Below the pieces are notes generated by a model. The model searched no databases, was not told where the DNA came from, and saw only the letters and a program-made list of their open reading frames with translations. The position numbers and the translations under genes were made by a program. From an uncultured Clostridia bacterium (GTDB lineage Bacteria > Bacillota > DTU025 > MWDF01): a stretch of 64,000 nt of DNA. The DNA is taken from positions 24,094-88,093 of the forward strand of contig CAZJHY010000001.1 in assembly GCA_964545975.1 (NCBI GenBank). The letters are read 5' to 3'. Position 1 is the stretch's first letter. Each line of letters begins with the position of its first letter. Of this stretch, positions 18,876 to 26,598 are shown one piece after another.

Positions 18876-20132
18876 ATGTTCTACGGACTGCCTTTCGACA
18901 ACCCCGAGTCCATTTATGGCAGGGATTACGTTCTGGGCACCTATTTCGTGACCGGCGTCACAGGAGACGATGCGCTTAATAAGCTGGGCATGTTTGCAGT
19001 CGGCCAGTCCACCGGCACGTGGATGCCGGTGCCCGGCATAACCAGGCAGATGGTGGAGGATCATCAGGGAAGAGTCGTCGGATGCTATCCGGTGCCCGCC
19101 CAGGAGCCCGGCGCCTACGTTCTTAGGGTGGCGTTTCCCTACAGCAACATAGGCGGGTCCATCTCGATGCTGCTTACCACGCTTGCGGGAAACGACGCTT
19201 CGACTGCGCTGTGCGCGAAGCTCATAGACGTGGAGCTTGTCGGCAAGGCGAAGTCGGCCTTCCACGGTCCGCACTTCGGAATAGACGGGGTGAGGAAGCT
19301 CACGGGAGTCTACGACAGGCCCATAGTCATGAATATGATCAAGCCTTGCACGGGCTTTCCGGCTACGGCAGGGGCGGAGTTCTTCTACGCGTCCGGATCA
19401 GGCGGCGTAGACATAATAAAAGATGACGAGCTTATGGGCAACACCAGCTTCAATTCCGTCGCCGACAGGGTGAGGGAGTATGGTAAGGCTCAAGCGAGAA
19501 TCGGAGGAGAGAGGGGCAAGGCCCCTATATACCTTCCCAATGTGACCGACAGGCACGATAAAATGCGCGACAACATCAAGGCGGCGATAGACGGCGGAGC
19601 GAAGGGCGTCATGGTCAACTTCGTCTTCACCGGACTCGACAGCCTTGCCGCGCTTACATCGGAGTTCGGCGACAAGGTGATGTTCCTCGCTCATGCGGCA
19701 GGAGTTGGCGTCATGACCGGTTATCCGCAGGGCTTAAGCACCTCGCTTCTTCTAGGAAGGCTCGGAAGGCTGGCAGGCGCGGACGCGGTGGTCACCCTTT
19801 ATCCTCTCGGCATGGGAGGAGACGGCTTCCAGGAGCTTCAGATGACGGTGCAGAAGCACAGGCTGCCTCTGGGAGATGTCAAGCAAGCCTTGACCGTGGT
19901 CGGAGGAGGCGTCACGCCGCTTACCGTACCGTTTGCGGTGAAGAGCTTCGGCAAGGACATAATCATCGCCGTTGGCGGTGGCATCCAGGGCCACCCGGAC
20001 GGGGCGACGGCAGGCGCAAAGGCCATGATGGCTGCGGTGGATGCGACCATGAAGGGCGTAAGCCTGGAAGACGCGGTTAAGGACAGCCCGGAGCTCGGAA
20101 GGGCGATAACCAGATGGGGCAAGAAGGCTTAA
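18876..20132 (+). CDS. RuBisCO-like protein (form IV RLP)
   Basis: Three blocks align without gaps, by eye, to RbcL: RPIVMNMIKPCTG...GGVDIIKDDE, TVVGGGV and AVGGGIQGHPDG. The protein is only 418 aa. No small subunit, phosphoribulokinase or cbb genes are nearby. Confidence 0.85.
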   Translation: MFYGLPFDNPESIYGRDYVLGTYFVTGVTGDDALNKLGMFAVGQSTGTWMPVPGITRQMVEDHQGRVVGCYPVPAQEPGAYVLRVAFPYSNIGGSISMLLTTLAGNDASTALCAKLIDVELVGKAKSAFHGPHFGIDGVRKLTGVYDRPIVMNMIKPCTGFPATAGAEFFYASGSGGVDIIKDDELMGNTSFNSVADRVREYGKAQARIGGERGKAPIYLPNVTDRHDKMRDNIKAAIDGGAKGVMVNFVFTGLDSLAALTSEFGDKVMFLAHAAGVGVMTGYPQGLSTSLLLGRLGRLAGADAVVTLYPLGMGGDGFQELQMTVQKHRLPLGDVKQALTVVGGGVTPLTVPFAVKSFGKDIIIAVGGGIQGHPDGATAGAKAMMAAVDATMKGVSLEDAVKDSPELGRAITRWGKKA

Positions 20133-20154
20133 GGGCCGCCCGAATGATGACCGT

Positions 20155-20793
20155 ATGGAGGTAAAGCAGATGGAAGATCTTATCATGAGCATAAAAAGGG
20201 ACGTGGAGCTCGCCTGCAGGAGGGCGTACACGAGGGGAATACAGACCGGAAGCGGCGGAAACGTCAGCGCAAGGATACCGGGCACGGACCATATGATAGT
20301 GAAGCCAAGCAAGGTGTCGCTCATCGAATGCGACCCCGAGACGCTTATCATAACCGACTTCGACGGAAACTTGGTGCAGGGCTCTCTTCCTCCTACGAGG
20401 GAGGCGGTGCTTCACGGCTGGCTGTATAAGAAGTTCGGCAAGATCGGAGCGGTGGTTCACACCCATTCGCCCTGGGCTATATCCTGGTCCTTCACCAGGA
20501 GGGACCTTCCCAATATTACCATGCATACTCAGCTTAAGCTGGGATGCCCCATCCCGGTCAGGTTCTTCTCCAGCCCCAAGGGGGTTCTGAAGGAGGAGAT
20601 GCCAGAAGTCTACGGCCTTTTCGAGAAGGAACCGAACCTCGCCGCCTTCATACTCGGTGCGCACGGTGTGGTCGCAGTCGGCGACAATATCATAGAGGCC
20701 GAGCACACGGCGGAGCTCATAGAGGAGACGGCACAGATAGCATACCTGCACGAGATGGGATTGAAGCTCGGGATGTTCCCCGAGGGCAGATAA
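20155..20793 (+). CDS. Class II aldolase/adducin-domain protein
   Basis: Motifs GSGGNVSAR and VVHTHSP. Confidence 0.85.
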   Translation: MEVKQMEDLIMSIKRDVELACRRAYTRGIQTGSGGNVSARIPGTDHMIVKPSKVSLIECDPETLIITDFDGNLVQGSLPPTREAVLHGWLYKKFGKIGAVVHTHSPWAISWSFTRRDLPNITMHTQLKLGCPIPVRFFSSPKGVLKEEMPEVYGLFEKEPNLAAFILGAHGVVAVGDNIIEAEHTAELIEETAQIAYLHEMGLKLGMFPEGR

Positions 20794-20822
20794 GACGAAG
20801 ACAATCCGAACGGAGTGATCAT

Positions 20823-21284
20823 ATGTACAGGAAGATGGTAATAGGCTGCGACGAGGCGGCCTGTGAGCTGAAAAACGCCCTTATCGAGGTCCTTAAGAAG
20901 AAGGGAATTGAGTATGAGGACGTCGGAGTGCCGGATGCAAGCGACAAGACCTATTATCCCCTGGTGGCAGAGAAGGTGGCCGAGGCGATAATAGAAAGCG
21001 GCTATGAGAAGCACGGGATGCTCCTCTGCGGAACGGGCATCGGCATGGCCATATCCGCGAACAAGCACCCCGGGGTATTTGCCGCTGTATGCCACGACCA
21101 GTATTCTACCGAGAGGGCGAAGCTGAGCAACAACTGCAACGTCATCTGCATGGGGGCAAGGGTCATAGGGCCAGAGCTTGCCAAGAAGAACCTGGAGCAA
21201 TGGCTTGAGCTGACGTTCAAGGACGGCTCCTCGACCCCTAAGGTGGAGGCTGTGAAGGATATCGAGAAGAGGCATATGAAATGA
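20823..21284 (+). CDS. RpiB/LacA/LacB-family sugar-phosphate isomerase
   Basis: MVIGCDEAA, and LLCGTGIGMAISANK containing the catalytic Cys. The start is ATG 20823. The longer ORF from 20544 overlaps the aldolase gene and is rejected. Confidence 0.88.
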   Translation: MYRKMVIGCDEAACELKNALIEVLKKKGIEYEDVGVPDASDKTYYPLVAEKVAEAIIESGYEKHGMLLCGTGIGMAISANKHPGVFAAVCHDQYSTERAKLSNNCNVICMGARVIGPELAKKNLEQWLELTFKDGSSTPKVEAVKDIEKRHMK

Positions 21285-22075
21285 GGAGCCCGCTTCTTGT
21301 CGGCACGAACCTCAAGATGTACAAGGGCGTGAAGGAGACGCTGGAGTTCCTTTCGCGCCTTGCGGGAAACGTCAGCCACATAGGCAGCGAAGACATGACG
21401 CTCTTCGTCATACCCTCCTACCTTGCCCTTCATGCGGCATGCGGGTCTGATGCGCACAGCAGGATACTCCTTGGCGCGCAGAATCTGCACTGGGAGGACT
21501 CCGGGCAGTTCACCGGTGAGATATCCCCCATGATGCTCAAGGAGATAGGCATAGATATCGCTGAGATCGGCCACTCGGAACGAAGGCAGCTTTTCGGTGA
21601 GACGGACGTGACAGTGGGGCTTAAGGCCAAGGCAGCGCTCAGGCACGGCATGAGGGCCCTGGTATGCATAGGGGAGACCGCAGACGACAAGGCGTCGGGC
21701 ATTACCTATGAGAAGCTGAGGATGCAGGTGAAGGTGGCCTTAAAGGGGATTTCTGCGGATGAGCTCGAGGGGCTTTGGGTAGCATACGAGCCGGTATGGG
21801 CCATCGGGATCCACGGGGTCCCGGCTGAGCCCGGATACGCCGAGAAGAGCCACAGGATGATAAAAGACGTGCTGGAAGAGCTTTACCCTAATAAGGGCGC
21901 AGGCGTTCCCGTGCTGTACGGCGGAAGCGTCAACATGGAAAACGCCATGGAGCTCATCGTCCAGCCGAGCATAGACGGCTTGTTCATAGGAAGGACCGCT
22001 TGGGACGCGGACAGGTTCGCGTCGCTGATCAAGGATGTCCTCCCCTTGTGGAAGGCCAAGGCTGAGAGAGAATAG
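21281..22075 (+). CDS. Triosephosphate-isomerase-family protein (TpiA/EryH/LerI-like)
   Basis: Motifs NLKMY, GHSERR, AYEPVWAIG and YGGSVN. Its start forms an ATGA overlap with the RpiB-like gene. Confidence 0.88.
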   Translation: MRSPLLVGTNLKMYKGVKETLEFLSRLAGNVSHIGSEDMTLFVIPSYLALHAACGSDAHSRILLGAQNLHWEDSGQFTGEISPMMLKEIGIDIAEIGHSERRQLFGETDVTVGLKAKAALRHGMRALVCIGETADDKASGITYEKLRMQVKVALKGISADELEGLWVAYEPVWAIGIHGVPAEPGYAEKSHRMIKDVLEELYPNKGAGVPVLYGGSVNMENAMELIVQPSIDGLFIGRTAWDADRFASLIKDVLPLWKAKAERE

Positions 22076-22104
22076 GGCAAGGCTTACGAAGGCGGTGTGA
22101 TGCA

Positions 22105-22776
22105 ATGGCGGACATGGTCATGGAGGCGAAAAGGCAGTTAATAGAGATCGGAAGGCAGATAGCTGCCAAGGGACTTGTGATAGGACCCGGCGGAAATACC
22201 AGCTTAAGGGCAGGCGCCCTCATGGTGATATCCGCCAGCGGCTCTTCATTCGAGTGCTCCGACGAGAGCGACTACGTCGCGATAGACATAGAGACAGGAA
22301 AACAGGCCGACGGCGGCAAGAGGCCGTCTTCCGAAGTGCTGATGCACCTTGAGTGCTACAGGAGGCGCCCGGATGTAAACGCTGTAGTCCATACCCATCC
22401 GACGTGGTCGACATCTGTAGCAAGCTCGGGCACCAAGATGCCCCCGATGTTCCCGGATTACGTCGTGTTCGTGGGCAAGCCCGCGACCCTGGATTACGTG
22501 ATACCGACGACGAAGCTTCTGGCCGATGCCGTGGCCGAAGTCATAGGGGAGCATAATGTGGTGCTCATGAGCAATCACGGGGTGCTTGCCGTCGCAGGCG
22601 ACCTCAAGATGGCGCTATTAAGGGTGGAGCTGGCAGAGGAGAACGCAAGGATGCTCGTGATAGCAAACTCCCTCGGCAAGCCGCGATCCCTTACGGATGC
22701 CGAAGTCCAGGCGATATTTGACCTGGAGAGCGAGAAGTACAGGCAGAGGCTTCTGAAAAACGAGGGCGGGAAGTAG
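22105..22776 (+). CDS. Class II aldolase/adducin-domain protein
   Basis: Motifs GPGGNTSLR and VVHTHP. Confidence 0.85.
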   Translation: MADMVMEAKRQLIEIGRQIAAKGLVIGPGGNTSLRAGALMVISASGSSFECSDESDYVAIDIETGKQADGGKRPSSEVLMHLECYRRRPDVNAVVHTHPTWSTSVASSGTKMPPMFPDYVVFVGKPATLDYVIPTTKLLADAVAEVIGEHNVVLMSNHGVLAVAGDLKMALLRVELAEENARMLVIANSLGKPRSLTDAEVQAIFDLESEKYRQRLLKNEGGK

Positions 22777-22798
22777 TCCTAAAAAGGAGGACGCACCA

Positions 22799-24271
22799 TT
22801 GTCCGACAGGCTTTTCATGGGGATAGACGTGGGCACGGGCGGAGCCAGGGTCATAGTCTGCGACGAGTACGGGTTGCCCCTGGCGGAAAGCTCGAGGCCG
22901 TTTGCCGCAGGTGCCGGCGCATCTGACATGCCCCAGGGCTGGCATCAGCAGTCGCCCGCAGCCTGGTGGGACGCGACTTCCGCATGTATAAGGCAGGTCA
23001 TGGGCTCACCCGGACTCGGCGGAAATCCTGGCAGGGTGTTCTCTGTTTCCGTCACATCCACATCAGGTACTGTGATCCCGCTTAGGGAGGATTGCGAACC
23101 GCTCTGGGATGCGGTCATGTACAACGACAGCAGGTCGTCCGCGCAGGCGGAAAGGGCGAACGAGGCGCTTAAGGAATTATGCGGGAAGCTCGCCTACAGG
23201 TTCGACACATCCTTCGGGCTTCCGAAGATGCTATGGTTCATGGACAGCAAGCCTGAGCTGTTCAGAAGGACCAGATTCTTCGTCCACGCTGGCGATTATA
23301 TTATCGGGAAGCTCTGCGGCTGCTTCGGTTTCACCGACTATTCCAACTCGCTGAAGTCTGGATACGACATCGATGAGCTGATATGGCCGAAGGAGATAGA
23401 GGAGAAACTGGGCGTCCCGGCGTCCAAACTGCCGGAAGTGCTCGCCCCGGGCACGGTAGTCGGGAAGGTCTGCGCCGCCTGCTCCGCAGAGACGGGCCTT
23501 CCGGAAAGCACCAACGTCGCGCTGGGCATGACGGACGGCTGCGCCTCGCAGATTGCATCGGGTGCCGCGTCCTTAGGCGACTGGAACACCACGATCGGCA
23601 CAACGCTTGTAATCAAGGGGGTCACCGAGAGGCTCCTCTTCGACCCGAAGGGAAGGATATACAGCCACAGGCATCCCGACGGGCACTGGATGCCAGGCGG
23701 GGCCAGCAACGTCGGCGGCGACTGCATAAGAAGCAACTTCCGCGACGATGAGCTGGATACGCTGAACGCGTCCGTGCGCCCTGAGAAGCCGACAGGCATG
23801 CTGGTGTACCCTCTGGAGAAGAAGGGCGAGAGGTTCCCGAACAGAGATCCTTTGGCAGAGGGGTTCATAATGGGAAGCCCATCAGGAAGGCCCGAGCTCT
23901 ATCAGGCCTACCTTGAGGGTGTTGCGCTGGTGGAGAAGATGTCATACGAGATGCTTCAGAGCTTGGGGGCGGCAATCGGTGACACGATCTTTGCGGCGGG
24001 AGGCGCCACGAAAAGCGAGCCATGGCTCAAGGTAAGGTCGAATATGCTCGACCGGCGCATTGCAGTCCCGGAGATTGCAGGAGGATTCATGGGAGCCGCC
24101 ATACTAGCAGCTTCCCTCTCCCATTGGGGCTCGCTCGGTGAGGCTGCCAAAAACATGGTAAAAATTTCCAAGACGATATGCCCGGACCCTGCCGCTGTCG
24201 ATGCCTATAAGGATAAGTACGGGCAGTTCATAAGAGAGATGGGAAGCAGGGGATATACCCTGGAGGGATGA
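22799..24271 (+). CDS. FGGY-family carbohydrate kinase
   Basis: N-terminal MGIDVGTGGARV and C-terminal FAAGGATKS, typical of xylulokinase/ribulokinase-type kinases. TTG start after AAGGAGG. Confidence 0.85.
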   Translation: MSDRLFMGIDVGTGGARVIVCDEYGLPLAESSRPFAAGAGASDMPQGWHQQSPAAWWDATSACIRQVMGSPGLGGNPGRVFSVSVTSTSGTVIPLREDCEPLWDAVMYNDSRSSAQAERANEALKELCGKLAYRFDTSFGLPKMLWFMDSKPELFRRTRFFVHAGDYIIGKLCGCFGFTDYSNSLKSGYDIDELIWPKEIEEKLGVPASKLPEVLAPGTVVGKVCAACSAETGLPESTNVALGMTDGCASQIASGAASLGDWNTTIGTTLVIKGVTERLLFDPKGRIYSHRHPDGHWMPGGASNVGGDCIRSNFRDDELDTLNASVRPEKPTGMLVYPLEKKGERFPNRDPLAEGFIMGSPSGRPELYQAYLEGVALVEKMSYEMLQSLGAAIGDTIFAAGGATKSEPWLKVRSNMLDRRIAVPEIAGGFMGAAILAASLSHWGSLGEAAKNMVKISKTICPDPAAVDAYKDKYGQFIREMGSRGYTLEG

Positions 24272-24275
24272 TGAT

Positions 24276-25673
24276 ATGAGCATTTACAAGGCCTGCGACA
24301 TAAGGGGAGTCTACCCTTCGTCGCTCGACGAGAAGACGTCATACGATATAGGAGCGGCTTTGGGGGAGATGCTCGGCCCTGTAAGCATGCTCGTCGCAGG
24401 CGACGTGAGGGTCAGCACGCCGCCTTTGAAGCAAAGCCTTATAAACGGCCTTGTGGACGCCGGATGCGAAGTAGTGGACATCGGCATGGCCCCGACCCCG
24501 GCCTTCTACTACGCGCTTCATAAGCTGGGCACCGAGTCGGGCGTGACGGTGACGGCATCCCATAATCCGGCCAAGTACAACGGCTTCAAGATAGCGCCGC
24601 ACGGGCAGCCCATGACTGAAGACGTGATGGACGACCTGAGGAAGATGGTCGAAGCTGGAGGATTCAAGCCATATGGGCAAGGGAGCGTAAGGAAGGCTGA
24701 GGTCATCGAGGATTACAAGAGATTCGTGCTTGATAAGATAGGAGAGCTAACGGGAACGAAGTGCAGCGCTCATGGTTCGAGTAATGCCCTCAAAGCCGTG
24801 GTGGACTGCGGCAACGGCTGCTACAGCACGATAGCCCCTGAAGTTCTAAGGCAAGCTGGCATCGCGGTTGAGGAGCTCTATTGCTGGGAGGATGGAACTT
24901 TCCCTAACAGGGAGCCAAACCCAGCTGTAGCTGAGAATCTCGAGGCTTTATGCGGCAAGGTCAGAGATACGGGGGCAGACCTTGGCATTGCCTTCGACGG
25001 GGACGGTGACAGGGTGGTCTTCGTGGACGAGCTGGGCAAAGTGGTCCCTAGCGACAATGCGATAGCACTTTTCGCCGGCTTCCTCCTTAAGAATCACCCC
25101 GGCTCGAAGGTGGTTTTCGACATCAAGTGCTCAAGCCTTGTGTCGGATTCGATCAAGGCGGCGGGCGGCATTCCAGTGATGGAGAAGTCAGGCCACGCTT
25201 ACATCAAGAACAACCTGCTGAGAAACGGCGCGGTTTTCGCAGGCGAGATCAGCGGGCACTTCTTCTTCCAGGTGCTCAAGGGGGATGACGGGCTGTTCGC
25301 GGCTCTTCTGATGGCCGAGATCATGATGTCGGAGGGCAGAAGCCTGGGGAAGATGGTGGAGTCGCAGCCGAAGTACTTCACTACAAGAGACTTCAGGATA
25401 CCGTTCTCGGGGAGCACGGCCGAGCTGTTCGGAAGGCTCAAAGCGCGCCTTGAGGCAAGCGGAGGCGCAAACCTGTCGTACCTGGACGGCATAAGGGCGG
25501 AGTTTTCTGAAGGCTGGGGGCTTATAAGGGCATCAGTCACTGAGCCACTGGTTACGCTGAGGTTCGAGGGGAAGTCGTTGGAGAGCCTTGATAGGATAAG
25601 GGATAGCTTCCTTGCTGCAGATGAGGACTTGCTTGATGCCGTAAGGGAGGTTTGGGCAAACCATCTTCCTTAG
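24276..25673 (+). CDS. Phosphomannomutase/phosphoglucomutase-family phosphosugar mutase
   Basis: Active-site loop TASHNPAKYNGFK, metal loop FDGDGDR and GEISGH. Confidence 0.9.
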   Translation: MSIYKACDIRGVYPSSLDEKTSYDIGAALGEMLGPVSMLVAGDVRVSTPPLKQSLINGLVDAGCEVVDIGMAPTPAFYYALHKLGTESGVTVTASHNPAKYNGFKIAPHGQPMTEDVMDDLRKMVEAGGFKPYGQGSVRKAEVIEDYKRFVLDKIGELTGTKCSAHGSSNALKAVVDCGNGCYSTIAPEVLRQAGIAVEELYCWEDGTFPNREPNPAVAENLEALCGKVRDTGADLGIAFDGDGDRVVFVDELGKVVPSDNAIALFAGFLLKNHPGSKVVFDIKCSSLVSDSIKAAGGIPVMEKSGHAYIKNNLLRNGAVFAGEISGHFFFQVLKGDDGLFAALLMAEIMMSEGRSLGKMVESQPKYFTTRDFRIPFSGSTAELFGRLKARLEASGGANLSYLDGIRAEFSEGWGLIRASVTEPLVTLRFEGKSLESLDRIRDSFLAADEDLLDAVREVWANHLP

Positions 25674-25685
25674 CCGAATGGACGT

Positions 25686-26372
25686 CTACTTCTCGGTGAA
25701 CTCCCTCATATAGCACTCGTATTTGCTGCAGTTCACCTGTATTCTCCTGTTTACGCTCCGGATGAATCCTTCGTTGGCAAGCTCGTTCATTAGCTTGCTT
25801 ACGGTCACCCTTGCAGCTCCTACGATGACTCCCAGCTCATAGTGCGTGTATCTCACCTTGAGCTCATACCAGCCGGGGTCGGCCTCGGCTTCCCTGTCGA
25901 CAGAGGAGCAGAGAAGCCTTGCTATCCTGTCCTTGCATGAGTTGAAGGTCAGGTTTTCAATCTCGAACCTGGTAATCAGGAGCTTCGTCGCCAGGCAACG
26001 GATGAATGCGTCCCTGAAGACAGCGCTGCTGTCCAGAAGCTGCCTCACCTTGTCCGGCGGTATCTTGCAAAGGACGACATCGGTCTCGGCTTGGGAGTAA
26101 AGTCCGGTCTTCCTTCCCAGGTAGAAGCCCATCTCACCGAAGAGCCAGCCCGGAGTGAGAGCATAGAGGACCTTTTCAAGCCCGTCCTCGTTCGCCATGA
26201 AATGCTTGGTCCTGCCCGACTTGATGTACAAGACGCCGCCGAAATCGCTCCCGGGCACAGAGAAGAGCGTCTTGGCAGGATAGGTAACCCTAATCGAGTT
26301 CTGCTCGATTATCTTCTCCAGTGCCTCGTTGTATGCATCGGGCATTAAGAGCCCCGTCTCCTCAAGGCGCAA
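25686..26372 (-). CDS. Crp/Fnr-family transcriptional regulator
   Basis: It has a cNMP-binding-like beta-barrel (GWLFGEMGF) and a C-terminal helix-turn-helix (THYELGVIVGAARVTVSKLMNEL). Confidence 0.85.
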   Translation of the reverse strand: MRLEETGLLMPDAYNEALEKIIEQNSIRVTYPAKTLFSVPGSDFGGVLYIKSGRTKHFMANEDGLEKVLYALTPGWLFGEMGFYLGRKTGLYSQAETDVVLCKIPPDKVRQLLDSSAVFRDAFIRCLATKLLITRFEIENLTFNSCKDRIARLLCSSVDREAEADPGWYELKVRYTHYELGVIVGAARVTVSKLMNELANEGFIRSVNRRIQVNCSKYECYMREFTEK

Positions 26373-26598
26373 AATGAACCACCTCCTGCAACTTTCATTC
26401 TACCATCACTGGAGATCCTTTTCCCTCTGCCTTGAGTTGAGGTGAAAAAGGTTTCATTAGCAGCAATGATGCAGAGCTGTTCCGTATTGCCGCAATTGTA
26501 ACAAAGTATACAAATCCTATTCATATACTGAAATACTTTGAGCTTCGTCCTATATTTGAATCGGAGGCCATTAATCTTCCCGCATAAGGAGGGATATC

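Noticed and set aside
18876-20132. A bona fide CO2-fixing RuBisCO or Calvin-cycle locus.
   Set aside because: The protein is short at 418 aa. By eye alignment, K177, H327 and K334 are replaced. No small-subunit, phosphoribulokinase or cbb genes are nearby. The context is a sugar ABC transporter and catabolic operon.
20544-20822. A long N-terminal extension of the RpiB-like ORF (the 246-aa version), or a frameshifted fusion with the aldolase gene.
   Set aside because: The extension is an Arg/Gly-rich read-through of the alternate frame of the aldolase gene. The RpiB homology begins exactly at ATG 20823 (MYRKMVIGCDEA).
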